The notes beneath the pieces are model-generated. The model ran no database searches, was not told the DNA's origin, and saw only the letters and a program-made list of their open reading frames with translations. A stretch of 64,000 nucleotides of DNA from the human T2T-CHM13v2.0 reference genome, Homo sapiens: NCBI RefSeq assembly GCF_009914755.1, contig NC_060925.1; one strand, given 5' to 3'. Made by a program: the position numbers and the translations under genes. This document shows, one piece after another, positions 13,249 through 26,869 of the stretch. Every line of letters begins with the position of its first letter. The first letter of the stretch is position 1.

Positions 13249-14124
13249 TGATGTTCTACTAGAATGGGACCAGAGACAGCAGCCCTCAAGGCCTGGCTTT
13301 GTACTTACCCCAACTGAAAATTAAGCTGTCAGAGCTCAGGGATACCCCAAAGCTAGTGGTATACCAAGATGCATTTTATCACTCAAAAAAGAGAGAAAAA
13401 AAATCATTTTATTTCCCATTCACTATTTCTATAAAATGATGAAAAGGAAAAATGAATTAAAGAGAGAAAATTTAGAATTTGATCATTGTCATTTGCCTTC
13501 CACAAAGATTCACCCTCTTGCTCTTAGGGAGGTGGTGACAGAATACTATTTATGGCGATCAATTGGATGACCTTCATTTACCCTTTAAAATCTCCCACAT
13601 GACACAGAATAGAAAGCAGGAGTGGAGGCTGAGTATATGTGGCCCCTTAGCTATGCTATGGACAAGTTTATTCAACATGCTCTATCTCTAAATGGCATTT
13701 TAAACTATCAATAGCTCTAGATCTATGTTAACTTTAATGAACTAAACTGAAAAACTGACATTTTAGGACCCTGTACACATTATTTAAACAAAATATAGCT
13801 CTAACAGATTTAGCTGAGGTGATTTCTTTTCAAACCCATATTTACCTACATCTGTGAAAAATAAGGGTAGGATGAGACTCTCAAATCTTTTTGGAGAGAT
13901 GTCCTCAAATGTTCCCTTAAAAGCTTTTCAACATCCCAGAAATATTACAAGGATTGGGTTCCACCTATTCCTGGATGAAATGGCTGCATTGTGGATAATG
14001 GTTTAAGTGCATAATTATTGATATGGATACCTCTATTACCATCATGAAAGTTAAGCAAAAAGCAGATTAAGATTTAGAAACAGCAGTAGTAAGTCATGCA
14101 GGAAAGAGCTATTTTTCGCAAAGG

Positions 14125-14245
14125 ATATTTTCCAACCTGTTTTTTGTAACAATACACCAATCAGAAGATTTTGTTTGGGTTAATATTTTGCAACCTGTTT
14201 TTTGTAACAATACACCAATCAGAAGATTTTGTTTGGGTTAATATT
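14125..14245. repeat. 58-bp tandem duplication (2.1 copies)
   Basis: Units start at 14125 and 14183; one C/G mismatch. Confidence 0.97.
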
Positions 14246-14306
14246 AATGTGACCAATCTAATGGTTTCTTTCTTTCTTTCTGCTTCATTAAAGGCTATAT
14301 GTAGAG

Positions 14307-14485
14307 TGTCTTAAATAAGTTCCCCCAAAGTGGACCCCGAGATGAGGATTAGGGGAAAAGCAGTTTCTCTGTGACCTGAGCCCAGGAAACATGAACATGG
14401 GAGTGGGGGATAAGACAGGGAAGAGGAGAAAGCCAATACAGGGTGCAGGATCAAGGGAGTTACTACTGTGGGCAGCCAGAGCTCG
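14307..14485 (-). mobile_element. LTR33-like ERVL LTR fragment
   Basis: gagtggggg...agacagggaagaggagaaagccaatacagggtgc...actgtgggcagc resembles recalled LTR33. Confidence 0.55.
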
Positions 14486-15446
14486 GAGACAGTGGATCCT
14501 TTGCTTTAAAAATGTCAAAGAATAGGGTAGGGATTTCTTTCCAAGATGATTTTAGTGCAGCCCACCCCACTTTGGTAGGGGAGAGTGAACCAGATGCCCT
14601 CTCAAGGTCTCTTCCAATCTTATGATTATATGATTGCTCATTATCAAAAATTGGCCCGTAATTGGTTTGACTCAGAGAGGTCAGGATGTGAAGGGGACTG
14701 CATAACCTTTTGATTTTACAGTAAAAACAATGTAGTTATCCCAGTCAAGTTTCTGAAGGACATTTAAAAAATTTTCGTAAATGTGCCATGATAATCTTCA
14801 TGACTGCTAATTAAGCCAGATCACCTAGGAGTAGGCTACAATTTTGACAGGTAGATACGGGAGTTTTATTATAATGGAAATGAGAAGGACCCATGACAGT
14901 CCCTAAATACTATACATGCATGTATGACCCTGCTTTGGTTGTCTGTCTGTTTTTAAACTACTACTTTGTTGATATATAATCAGATACTGGTTTTAGTAAT
15001 GATTTAAGAGAGAAAAAATCTCATGCTTCATTTTGCTTGCTTTTAATTGGGGAAAAAATCATCCTTTTACAAACAAATGGGGATCTCACTTTAATTATGT
15101 GACTCTTTGTACATAATTTTACGTAAAATTAGTCACCCTGAATGCATACTTTAAAAGGACTAGCTATAGCTAATTGACCAACAGTGAATTTTCAAAGCGA
15201 TCAGTCCAATTACTGTCTGCCAAGATGCAGAGATCAAACGCGGTTTTCTCTTTTTCATAGTCCTAAGGTTTGTAGGAGCAGAACATTTATACTCAGAATA
15301 ACTTTTTTAATGCAGTAAACTTAATGAAATAAAGTTCTCATCTTAACTAGGAGAAGCAAAAGAACATAAAAGAAGTTATCTGAATAAATAAAAGTATATT
15401 AATTTTCGTTTTGCAGGACCCCTTGAATCAAACCGGTAACAGTATA

Positions 15447-15545
15447 AAATGTTAGCATTGAAAAGAACCTTAGTGACTGCACTAGTCCAGTCTCTTAATT
15501 TTGTAGATGAGACAATCAAGGCTGAAGAGGTTTCAAGAGAGGTTT
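15447..15545 (-). mobile_element. MIR fragment (appears to resume near 16515)
   Basis: tagtccagtctcttaattttgtagatgagacaatcaaggctgaagagg; gaatttgaactcaagtgtc after the nested inserts. Confidence 0.6.
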
Positions 15546-15587
15546 CTTTCCATGATCAATTTTTTTTTGGAGCTAAGTACTTGGAGT

Positions 15588-15914
15588 TATTTATTTATTT
15601 ATTATTGTGTATATTTAAGGTGTACAGCGTGATGTTTTGATATACATAGTGAAATATTTACTATGTTCAATCAAGTTAACATATCCATTGTTTCACACAG
15701 TACTTGCTTTTTTGTGTGTGTGGTAAGAGCACCTGAAATCAACTCTAAGCAAATGTCCGGTATACAATACAATATTAAAACTATAGCTTCCATGGTGTAC
15801 CTTATATCTCTAAACATTCATCCTAGACATTTGAAAATTTTTACCCTTTGACCTATATTTCCCCGCCCTACACCCCAGCTCCTGGTAACCGACCTTTTCT
15901 TCTCTGTTTTTATG
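15588..15914 (-). mobile_element. L1MA (L1MA8-10-like) 3' end
   Basis: gtgtatatttaaggtgtacagcgtgatgttttgatatacata, ctggtaaccgacc; resumes as tttgactttttaga near 16505. Confidence 0.8.
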
Positions 15915-16502
15915 TGCACTTTTAACGGGGATATATTCTGAGAAATGAATCGTTAGACAATTTCATCATTGTGTTGACATTGTAGAGGGTACTTACACAA
16001 ACTTAAAGCCTACTACACACCTAAACTATATGGTATAGACTATTGCTCCTAGGTTACAAACCTGTATAGCATGTGACTGTGCTGAATACTGTAGGCCATT
16101 GTAACATAATGGTAAGTATTTGTGTATCTAAACATATCTACACATATGAAAGGTATAGTAAAAATGTGGAATAAAAAATTAAAAATGGTACACACCTATA
16201 TAGGACACTTACCATGATGGAGCTTGTAGAGCTTGAAATTTCTCTGGGTGAGTCAGTGAGTGAGTGGTGAGTGAGCATGAATGCCTAGGACATCACTGCA
16301 CAATACTGTAGCCTTTACAAACACTATCCACTTAGGCTACACTAAATTTCTAAAAACAAAAAAAGTAATTGCACTCTGCCATTGTGATGGCTACGACATT
16401 ACTTGGGGGATAGAAATTTTTCAGCTTCCTTATAATCTTATGGGACCACCTCATATATCTGATCTGTCACTGACGAAAACATCATTATGCAGTGCATGAC
16501 TG
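15915..16502. mobile_element. Tigger3 (MER7/Golem) derivative, about 590 bp, Tigger3c-sized
   Basis: ggggatatattctgagaaatg, ctacacacctaaactatatggtatag, gtgagtcagtgagtgagtggtgagtgag; right TIR tgcagtgcatgactg followed by TA. Confidence 0.88.
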
Positions 16503-16865
16503 TATTTGACTTTTTAGAATTTGAACTCAAGTGTCCCGTGTGTTAATATTCTTTTCACAATAGTAACTAGGGAAATAAAATTATATGTTGAATTATTTCA
16601 GAAACATGACTTAAACCTATCTCACCTTGAAAAATAAGAACATGTTGTAAGATATTGTGAAAAATAACATTTTCATATTATATCCAACCTCTACCCTTCA
16701 CTGATAAACATCATGCTATGAATCTTCTGTAGATACACTTCAAGAAAGAAAGTGTCAGATTAGGATACTCATTGTCAAATCGAATGGCTTTCTTTTGAGT
16801 TTGACACTAAAACAACATTTTTCTGGTAATGTGGTTCAACATTACCTTAGAAATAGGTTAAAATA

Positions 16866-17189
<324 letters not shown>

Positions 17190-17509
17190 TTAATCATTTC
17201 CACCAAAGTAAGTAAAACATTTGCAGTACCAAAAAGGTTAATAGGTATTCCTACTACCAGGTATTTTCCCTGGCATCCTATCTGCATGAAGATATATTTG
17301 CTTCAAAAAAAAAAAAAAAAGATGATTGATAAATGAAAAGAAAAGGTTATCTAGTTTTTCACAGAAATCTGGAAAATAAGCCACTAAAAAGCACTATTTG
17401 CCTTGGGGCATAAATGATTTTCCACCTCTACAAAAGGGTAAAGAACTGAAAGCTATGATTTTGTTTTTATTTTCCTTGTTGTAATTGTTTAAGTACTCCA
17501 ACTTCAGTT

Positions 17510-17625
17510 TTATTAGGCTGTGAGTTGCTTGAGAGTGTCGCCTATGTTTTTATTAATCTTTATATCATTATTGTTCAGCATAATGCCTACAACCTAAAAG
17601 ACAATAAATGTTGGAAAGGTAAATG
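17510..17625 (+). mobile_element. L2 3' end fragment
   Basis: ctgtgagttgcttgagagt...cagcataatgcct...caataaatgttggaa. Confidence 0.55.
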
Positions 17626-17934
17626 AGTAAGAATCTGAGGTAGCTAGCAGTAACAATAAAATCTATAACCATGGAAATAAGAGTAAAAAATATTGATCCA
17701 GATGCTAAAGAAGAGGAAAGAAAAATTACATCAGAAGCAAAGGCTAAGAGAAGGTATTACAAATGAGCAGAAAACAGCTCAGAACTTCTCAAGAGCCAAA
17801 GTAAAAAGAATTGCTTAAAAGGTTAATATTTCAACATTTCAACATTCAACAGTGTTAAATGTTTCAACATTTAAATTGGTGGAAAAATATATATTAAAAT
17901 CATATTTTAAGTTTACAAGAAACTTTGAAAAATA

Positions 17935-18400
17935 AAATTCAATAAATATCCATTAAGCATCTAATATTTTGAAGCCACTTCATTAGGCAATGTGGGGCTG
18001 TACAGAGATAAAGAAAATAGAGTCATCAGCCTTACAAAGGCTATCTAATGTATGACACATAACAAACACATACATGAAAATAATGCAGGGCAAGATGGAA
18101 TATATCCTTAAGAAGTATGATGTGATTCAGAGACGAAGGAAATCACACATGATTGCAAAGATCATGAAAGTATTCTTAAAATAAATTTTGTTTGAGATAG
18201 GCCTTGACATTTAAGTAGGTTTATGAAATTTGGACACATGGGAGTTCAGGTAAGGCTTTCAGACATGAGGGGAGGATGTACAAAAACTCCCAGTTAAGAG
18301 AGCATGTTTCACCCTCTTAGAGAAGTGAACAGTCCTTGTAATATAAGTTTAACTCTAACAAAGGCTTTATGTCAGGAAGTAATAAGAGATAAAGCTGAAT
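17935..18400 (-). mobile_element. L2 fragment
   Basis: attcaataaatatccattaagcatcta followed by purine-rich antisense-L2-like sequence (tttgagataggccttga). Confidence 0.55.
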
Positions 18401-20319
18401 TAGTACTTGTAATACTAGTAGAAATCCACTACCTCCTGAAGAGAAGTAATTTTGCAAGAAACAAATTCAGCATCCTTATCTTGATTCAAAGCCCATCTTT
18501 AATTTCCACTCAGGTTTGAATTCTTTGACATATCTAATTTTAATAATTAAAGGACTCTTTGGACTACACAGCATCTAGTGTTCTTTTATAATTCATGAAC
18601 TTGAAAAAGTTTTAATATTGTATGTATATGAGTGAGCTTAATAAAATGGGCTAACAAGCCATCTGCTTCGTGACACACACTTCCATAAACGTCATGAAAC
18701 TTTATGTTATCACAAAATATGACAACAAGGAAGAACCTTTCTGTGGAAGAGAAGTTCTCTAACAGGCCTTTGCAGGATACTTTGGTCTTTGCTTGATCTG
18801 GCACATTGCAGCTATAAGAATAAATGCCCCTAATAGAAGCAGAAGAAAAATTGGCCGTAAACTTTCATAGGAGAAAGCCTGATGCTTTGACCACAGTTTC
18901 TATATTCCTTTTCTAACAAAAAATGCCAATGCTATCCAAGTACCTATGCTATTTAGAAGATCCCACAGGTCTTAAATTCTCTTGTTTAGAAGACTAAGAT
19001 ACTAAGCCAGAGAAGAGGATTCATCTATTATTTTAGTAATGCATAAATAGTAGATGTTTACTACTCCCTTTTCAGGGCAAATGTAACTTTCTAATGCTTT
19101 TCCATAAATCCTGCTGCTATGGTTAAGCTACCTTTTGAAAGAGTTAATCCTGTTCCCAGGGATAGATATTTTATTTCCTACTTATAGGAAGTAGCACCAA
19201 ATGAACTCTCCTTACATATATTTATAATATGTAATATACATAATAAATATATTTCTTGATGTATGCATCAAAACCACATAATGAGGCTGCACTCTGCTTT
19301 AGTTCCTGGTATCAGACACATTCATAGGAATAATCATATTCCTAGTTGCCAAGGGATTGCCACAGCCAGTTTCTTATTATATGTGGCTTACATGGACTCA
19401 TCAACAAATTTGCAAACTCCACAAGTCTATGAATTCATTTTCCTGTGTTTCAACGTCTTCCCTGCTTACACATATACACAAAAGAGAAGTCACCAGTAAA
19501 CAACAAATATGCCATAGAAAAGCAATTCTGCAATGGTTCGGGTTTTACGTTCTAATAATGCTGAAATCCCAGATTCTAGGATTCAATGTACTATATCAGC
19601 AATAATGAGTAAAACTACAGAAATTCATTAAAGAATTTATTAATCAGTGCATTAATTGAGGCTATCTGCTTCCCATTATACAGAGACAAATTAAGCAGGT
19701 TAAATGGTTCCCAGAAAACATCTGTGGCAGCATGTCAAAACTAATGATAAATAAAATAGAGCTCCCTTTGTGGTTGATTTTTTCACCCAGCTGCATCCTA
19801 AAAGTGCTATCAGAAAAAGCTATTCATTGTTTGTCAAATCAGAATAAAATCCCCAAACCACTAATAGGATTTTTCTTATAACTTTTGAAATAAAGGTGAT
19901 CAGTTCATAAAATAGCCACCACTTGTGCCACATATTGTGGGTTGAAAAAAACAAATGGTCCTTTGGAAGACATCCACCAAATCTATGTGAAATATATAGA
20001 TAGTTAATAACCTCCTGAATAATGTGTTTTACAGAATACATCAAAATTATCTTTCTAAGAAAGAAGTGATTGGGTTATTAGAAATATTCCTTTCATCAAG
20101 GTTCTACTCTTTGGTTAAGCAGGCTGGTTATTTGGGTCAACATAGTGAAACATAGAGGAACAGTATAAGAGCAAAGTAAGAGGGAATTCAAATTTCTGAA
20201 TTATTTTGTGTTTGTGTGTATGTGTGTGTGTCAATATACATATATACACACATACATATGAAAATAACACCATGAAATTAGTCACTTCTAATTATATAGA
20301 TACTATATGACAAATTATC

Positions 20320-20700
20320 AGGCAATTTCTCCTGCTTACAACCCATTGATAGCTTTCTTTTTTTCTCAAGATACAGTTTAAAATTCTTAATAGAAGACAC
20401 AAAGCCCTGGGTGAATTAGCCATGGCTTTTCCTATCCGCTTATCTTCCTGTATTCTCTCCTTTACTTTGGTACTTTTTATATACTTGGTCTTCTGTTCCT
20501 TAACTGTGCCTTAGTCCTTCTTTGTACATGCTATTCCTTTCTACTAGAGGGCTCTCCATCCCATTGCCACTCTCATTCTCCACATCTGCATAATTCCAGT
20601 CCCTCTTTAGATATCAATTTGTATGTCATTTTTCTTTATAAACTTTATAATATAAATCAGATTTCCCTTTAATACACTCTTATTATACCCTGCTTCTTTT
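20320..20700 (+). mobile_element. L2 fragment
   Basis: ctcctgcttacaaccc...tttgtacatgctattcctttctactag...ctttagatatcaattt. Confidence 0.55.
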
Positions 20701-20789
20701 TAAAATTTTTTACAAAATTTTGAATAGATTTAATGATTAGATGTTTAGTAGTATAATTGGTAGCATTAATAGTTCACTGTGAAAAATGG

Positions 20790-22400
20790 TAGAGGAAGAA
20801 CATTTTCGACTTTCCGATTAAGCAACTGGATGAAGGAAGGTGCCATTCATGGGGAAAAGGAAGAGTATGACAGAAACAAAATTAAGACTACGAGAGGTAA
20901 TGAGTTCAATTTTAGGCATGTTTAGGCTTTAGTGTCTCAAGGACCTCCATATGAGATGTACACCTCACAGTGGCATACAAAGTGGGAAGCAAAAAATGTA
21001 AAATATAGATTGGTACAGATTTCAGAGTGCTCATTCTATAGATGATAAATAAATTGATTGAGATCTCCAAAGAAGATTGCGTAGAGGAAGAAGAGAGGAG
21101 AGTATAACACTGAAACTAGAATTTAAGGTCTAGGTATAGAAAAATAAATGGAACTGAGAAGCAGCAGCCACAACAGTAAGAGAAAACCCAAGAGAGCTGG
21201 TATCTAAAAAAGAGCAAAAGAAATACCCTCCACGAAACAGGAAGGTCAATGGTGCCAAATATGGCTAAAAGATCTGGGAAGACATTGACTGAAACTGATA
21301 TTTATCAACAAGGATAACCTTGGCAAAAAGAGTAAGAATCAAGCGCTGAGAGAGGAATGAGTGACAATGAAGCAGAAAAAGTACAGTACCTATATCAAGA
21401 ACTCTGTGAATGGAGAAAGACACTACTGCATCTAGAAGGGATATGAGATGGAGAAGTGGGGTGTGTGTGTGTGTATGTGTGTGTGTGTGTATGTGTGTTT
21501 TCTCGTGTAGCAATAAGAGAATGCTCAACTGCTTGTGGAAAGGAATCAGCAGAGAAGCAGAGGTGTACTATGTGAGAGAGGAAAGAACATCAGTAAATTT
21601 CTGATGCTCTTTAGGGTAAAAAATTTCTGATGCTCTTCAGGGTAAAAAATTTAGGGTAAAAAAGGGTAAACAATTTCAGTAAATTGTGTCTTCTGAGCGG
21701 TGTAAAATTGGAAAGAAAGATTAGAAAAACATGGTTATAAAAACATGGGAAGATTGAGAAGCAGTTTCAAATGCACAGTGAACCAAACTGCACCATTCTG
21801 TGAATTCTTCAGCTGTGTTAAGCACCTCAGATGTAAAGGCAAGGGTATCAAATTAATCAACATGTGTTCCCTGTGCAAGCTCAACAGCAAAAATAGGTGA
21901 TGGAGTTGAAAATATTGCTAAGAGAGTCATGAAAGTAATGGTAACTTGAAGTCTAGTATGAATAAGAAATGAAATAAGGATAGGGATTGGGTGAGGAGGC
22001 TGATAGAGAAAAAGTAGGTAGACCAAAGGATTGAATAACTAAATGAGGGGGATGATCAGCAGTAACTTATTAGACTACTTTAAAGTTAGGAAATTAGGGA
22101 AGCGAATGGAATGTTTGAGTTCAGGATTTTAAAAGAGTAACATCTGCAGATGAGAAGAAGGTTCAGAGTGTGATCATATGAATGAGTAGATGAAATGGTG
22201 TGGAAGTAATGATGCCTAAAAATGAGGAAGTCAGCGGCCAAGAGCCCAGAGTTCAAAAGCTTGCTTTTCACAACATTTGTCGAAGACACTCAGGATGATC
22301 ATAAGATATTTCAGTGGAAAGTAAACATTTTAACTGGGTATCAAAAGCTTCCATGAGTAAAGTGGAATAATCAGGTAGTCAGCATTGACAGGAAACAGAA
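20790..22400 (-). mobile_element. Degraded L2 body, containing (TG)n at about 21460-21498
   Basis: agcaactggatgaaggaaggtgccattc, gagttcaattttaggcatgtt; long purine-rich antisense L2-like tract. Confidence 0.6.
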
Positions 22401-22409
22401 AGGTAGATT

Positions 22410-23192
22410 TGTTATTGGGAAGTGTGCGGGTTCTCAGTTCTTGTCTTTCTTGGGAGAAAGAATTTGGCCAAGAGATAACTTAATAAAGAGAGCAGAGAGT
22501 TTTACTAAGGAAATAGTGTACACTCTAAGAGAGGAGCAGGATGGTCTGGCTGGAAAACAGCAGCAGTAGCTGCAAGGATTAAGTAGTAGCAGAGTTTATT
22601 TAAAGAGACAGTATGCTCTGAAAGATCAGACAGAGTGGGCTCCTCAAAAGAGAATAAGCCAGCAGCCCTGAGAGTTCTGCATTGCGGTTTTTATGTCAGA
22701 CTCATTTTTTAAGTTCCTGCCTCTCTCTTAAGTCTCTGTCTTATCCCTCAGCTAGTTACTGCCCTAAGTTTGTGGGATTCTTCCTTACACTCAGTTGATG
22801 ATCACCTGTGGGCCAGGTGGTCAGTCAATACAAATTCTGCCTGATGGCAGCGTTGCTCATTACTGCCAGCCTAGGAAGGTCGTATAGTGGTCAAATCTGT
22901 ACTTACTGTGTCTGCACATCTCTTAGGAATTTCCCCTTTGTCCCTTTTCTCTTCTTATCATCAGGTAGCTGGCTATAGTCTGACAGGTTAACTGCAAAGT
23001 CAGCAGTTACTGGGCATCTTAAGAGGTGTTTGCAGGCATTCCTTTCTGCATAGGTTTTTCCCCTCCCCTCTGCTCTTAGCATGTATGTTTCGTGCAAGTT
23101 TCAGGTAGTCTCTGAGACAGGAAATGTTCCAGAACTTCCTTTCTCAAGGGCTTCCCCTCCTGCTCATGTCTAGCTATCTGCACACTCTAACA
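22410..23192 (-). mobile_element. Solo ERV1 LTR (LTR9/MER61-like group)
   Basis: tgtta...taaca inverted termini; perfect 4-bp TSD gatt (22406-22409, 23193-23196), the length typical of ERV1. Confidence 0.85.
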
Positions 23193-23397
23193 GATTGTAG
23201 AAGGATTAAATGCCCAAATGTGGAAGCAATGGTCTGTATTTACTCTTAACAAAGGAGAAAACAGATATTCAAACTTAACCTTGAAGCCAAAAGACTAGGA
23301 AGCTTGAATGTTTCTCCCATCCATCTTTTTCTATGCAAAGTCAAATACCACTTACTAAATTTGTGAAAGAAGTAAGCTGCCAAGGAGTGTTGAGATC

Positions 23398-23636
23398 AGT
23401 GGGTGTAAACTGCAATCTAAATATGGCCTAAAGATGCATTTTGTTGTATTAGACTTTTTTTGTTACGGTTTTATTAGACCACTTTTTACAAAAATAGAAT
23501 TTGATAATCTTTAGTCAGGGAAAGCATGTTTTGTTTTATCAATAGCACTGACCACTTTCTATTTTCTTACAACTGACTTAATTTCCATATGCACATTACA
23601 TGGTTCCCCCATAGGTATTTGAATAGTCAACATCTG
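23398..23636. mobile_element. hAT-Charlie fossil (MER102-like)
   Basis: Starts cagtgggtgtaaact; ends ccccataggtatttgaatagtcaacatctg. Confidence 0.45.
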
Positions 23637-25894
23637 CTCCAGATTTTTTTTTTCCAGAAAGAAAACATGGAAATTTTGGTGTTTGTGCTCATTCTTAGTA
23701 CTCTAGGAAGTTCCAAATGTAGTTTTTGCCGGACAAGAAAGCTTGAGCATAGTGGTAGGATTGGTAGGGACTTCTGTGTCAGTGAAAAATAAACTAAGGT
23801 CAAGTAGTACTCTAGGTTTAGGGCAAATTAAATATTAGCTAGTATGCAATCTATAAACTGAGAGGTCACAGAAGCAGCAGGCTAAATAATCATACAGTTA
23901 AATACAGGACTTCTAGCTTAAAAGGCAGAGATATGGTTTTCCTGTGTAAAATAACTTGTAACTATTAGTCCCAGGACACATGATATACCAAGAAATAAGG
24001 GGAAAAGCACCATGATGGAAAGATATTCCTAGAAAGAACAGGGAGGAGCACTCAGTTGCCATTGCTAGATAATTTCCAGATCAGATGTGAATATTGATCA
24101 ATGTTTAGTAATTTAAGCATGGAAGACGGAAGAGTGGCAATGGAGATAAGGTTAGCACCTGAAGAAATGTCAGGGCATATCATGTCATCCACCAATCTAC
24201 ACTGCCCATGATTTATAAGTACCAATGAGTTAAAATATTGTCCAAAAATAGAGGTAAAAGGAAAGGTTAAAAAGCACAAGAGTGGCAGGCAGTGCAGACA
24301 ATTCTGGTAAATGAGTACGAGAAAAAGTTATTCTCTAGCATTCACTTATTTATTCATTGAATAACTATTAGCTGAGCACTATTCTAAACTCAGTAGTATG
24401 CTAAGCACTGAGGCCTCATAAGGAAAATAGAAGCTCTTGCTCTCACGGAGCTTATGGTCTAGTCAGACACTTTACAGAATGTTTCCAGCAATCTTCTTTC
24501 ATCATCCAAGAATTAGAAAATAGCTGTAGTTAAATAAAGAAAATATAATATAGAGGGTGGACACTCACACACACACAGAAACATGCAGAGTGGAAATGTT
24601 AATATACTGTGTGGTCCGTGCTCTTTCAAACACCTAACCTGGCAAGCAAAAATAACAGTGTACATTAAGTCAAAATAAATAAATAAACTGATCTAACTTT
24701 AAAGGAGATGCAGGAGCTAGAAAACAGAACTGAACTTCGGTAATGTAAAACATTTTATAACTATTACTCCATTAGAACAGTAATGATAATCATGAACAAG
24801 TATCATTATAGATAGGCAAGCTTAATGTTAAAAGGGGGAATTAGAATGGACTTTCAGAGTTAAAATGGGCTGAGATTGCGCATCTGAGATTAGGTGATAC
24901 ATTTAATTGAGAAAGCTGTAGTAAAACTCATGGTGAAAGCTGCAATAGAGACCAGAGGAATAATTCCTTTGAGCTCCCTACAGAGGCCCCTACAGATCCC
25001 CTAGCATGTTCTTAGATAGAAAAAAATGACCATGGGTCAGGCCTGATGGTAATCAGCATTTTGAGAAAACGAAAAGGTCCCTCCAACATCAGAGAGTGCC
25101 ATTTCCACTCACCTCTTTCCTCTGATCCTGCTGCAATATTTTCCCACCTAGATGGATCATACATGGCAAAAGGCCCAGTCTATTCATGTGCTTGATGGCC
25201 TACTAAATTGCTCACTAATATTTTTGACGCTGGCTCTATGAGGCTGTCATGGCTGTCATTTCTGTTACAGATTCACTACTTGCACAGCAACCCCTTTGAC
25301 AGTCAGTAGCATAAAAGGGCATTGAAATCAAGACTCACAAACCCCTTTTGCCAAGGATAAAGGAACTTCCTGGGGGTACTTCAAGCACTCTGTTACATAG
25401 CCGAATGAGATGAAAGGAAGCAAATCCTGTTGATGGTCGTTCAGAAGCAGCCAGATTGCTCTGCTATGTGCCTTGCCTGTAGATTGCCAGTTTACCACTA
25501 TTGTTTAATTTTCAGGAAGTATGAACAGCACGCAGTGTAGTGTACAAGTCCCTGTGGGCAGTCAAAGCCTTTGTAAAGAGCTGATATGCAAAAGAGATAC
25601 GTAATTGTGATGGTGGAGCCCTTCCTGGGAGGTAGGTTCATATTTGCCTAACCATTTGTTCTGTTTGTTTGCTAGCTTTATTTTATGCATAAAGACATCT
25701 TGGGAAAGCGAGTATTCCCATTTGAAGGCCACCAATACCCCAAGAATCTGAATTGATCATCCTTAAGGGAGTGGGCATATTGTAAAGACAGGACTTACAA
25801 ATAAAGCTTGATGAAAAGAGTGTTTCTTTCTATCAACTGCTTAAATATTTATTAGGTATAATAAACAGACTGATACCATTTTTGGTATTTGATT

Positions 25895-26262
25895 ACTGAC
25901 AGATTTCATGCCCCATAACTCTCCCTTCCCCTTATGTCCCACATTTGGGAAAGCTAATAAGAAGTCTGGTGTTCCTTCCTTTGGGACTAGTGGGAAGTTA
26001 AAATTACACAATGCTCAGCTGATAAGAGTGACCGTCATCCCAGGCCCACCTTCTAACTTCCATAAAACTCTAAGCTGGTTGCTACCCCCTGCTCATCAAG
26101 CCCATTTTGGACTGCTTAATGGGCCTTTCCAACTCTTCCCAGAAAGTTTCATTATTTAAGTAGAAAATATGTTTGTACCATGTTGCATATATGTCATCAG
26201 TCTCAACACTTAACCATATTTTGGGTAGAGGGTTCATCTCAACTTTACACAGTGACCACTAC
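25895..26262 (+). mobile_element. Old ERVL-class LTR (MER74/LTR53-like)
   Basis: cccacatttgggaaagctaataagaag, gggaagttaaaa, ccataaaactctaagc, ccagaaagtttcattat. Confidence 0.55.
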
Positions 26263-26869
26263 TTTAAAATTTATCAAGAGAGTCATATTACTTCTAATAT
26301 GGTGGATGAAAACCAGAAATTATAGCTGGCTTCTCAGTTTCCCATTTAAAAAAATCTAAGCCCTGTATGTTGTCTTAGACACCGCTAGTCTAAAGAGAAG
26401 TGGGGGTTGGAATAGGGCCCAGATTTCTCCATTGGTTTACTGAAAGATTGAACGCTTGTTGCCATTATAAGTAGAGTTTCCTCTGGGAGACTATTTCCTC
26501 AGTTTCTCCTTTGAGTTCCCACAGAGTGAGCAAACGTGTTGTCAATAACAAAGAATGACAAAGGATGGCAATGAAGCAAACACATTCTTTTGCCCTGAGA
26601 AAGAATATCGTAACCATCTTAACAAGTGGAATAGGAATAGAGGCGAAAGTTTAGTGAAACCATCCTCAGATTGGCTAGCAGATTGCCATTTGGCCTTTGC
26701 ATATTTGAGTAAAACACAGCTCATCTAGCTAGAATTCATACAGTATGGTATTTCAGATCGCCACAAGACTGGCCACAGTAGCTAGTAATGAAAGTAAAAA
26801 TAGATTTGGAATAAGAAGATAGGTTTCAGTTTCAGCTCTGCCAGTGATCACCTATCACACCCCTATAAT

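Noticed and set aside
21611-21657. Two TTAGGG words suggesting telomerase healing
   Set aside because: They are not tandem and are explained by local slippage of agggtaaa units.
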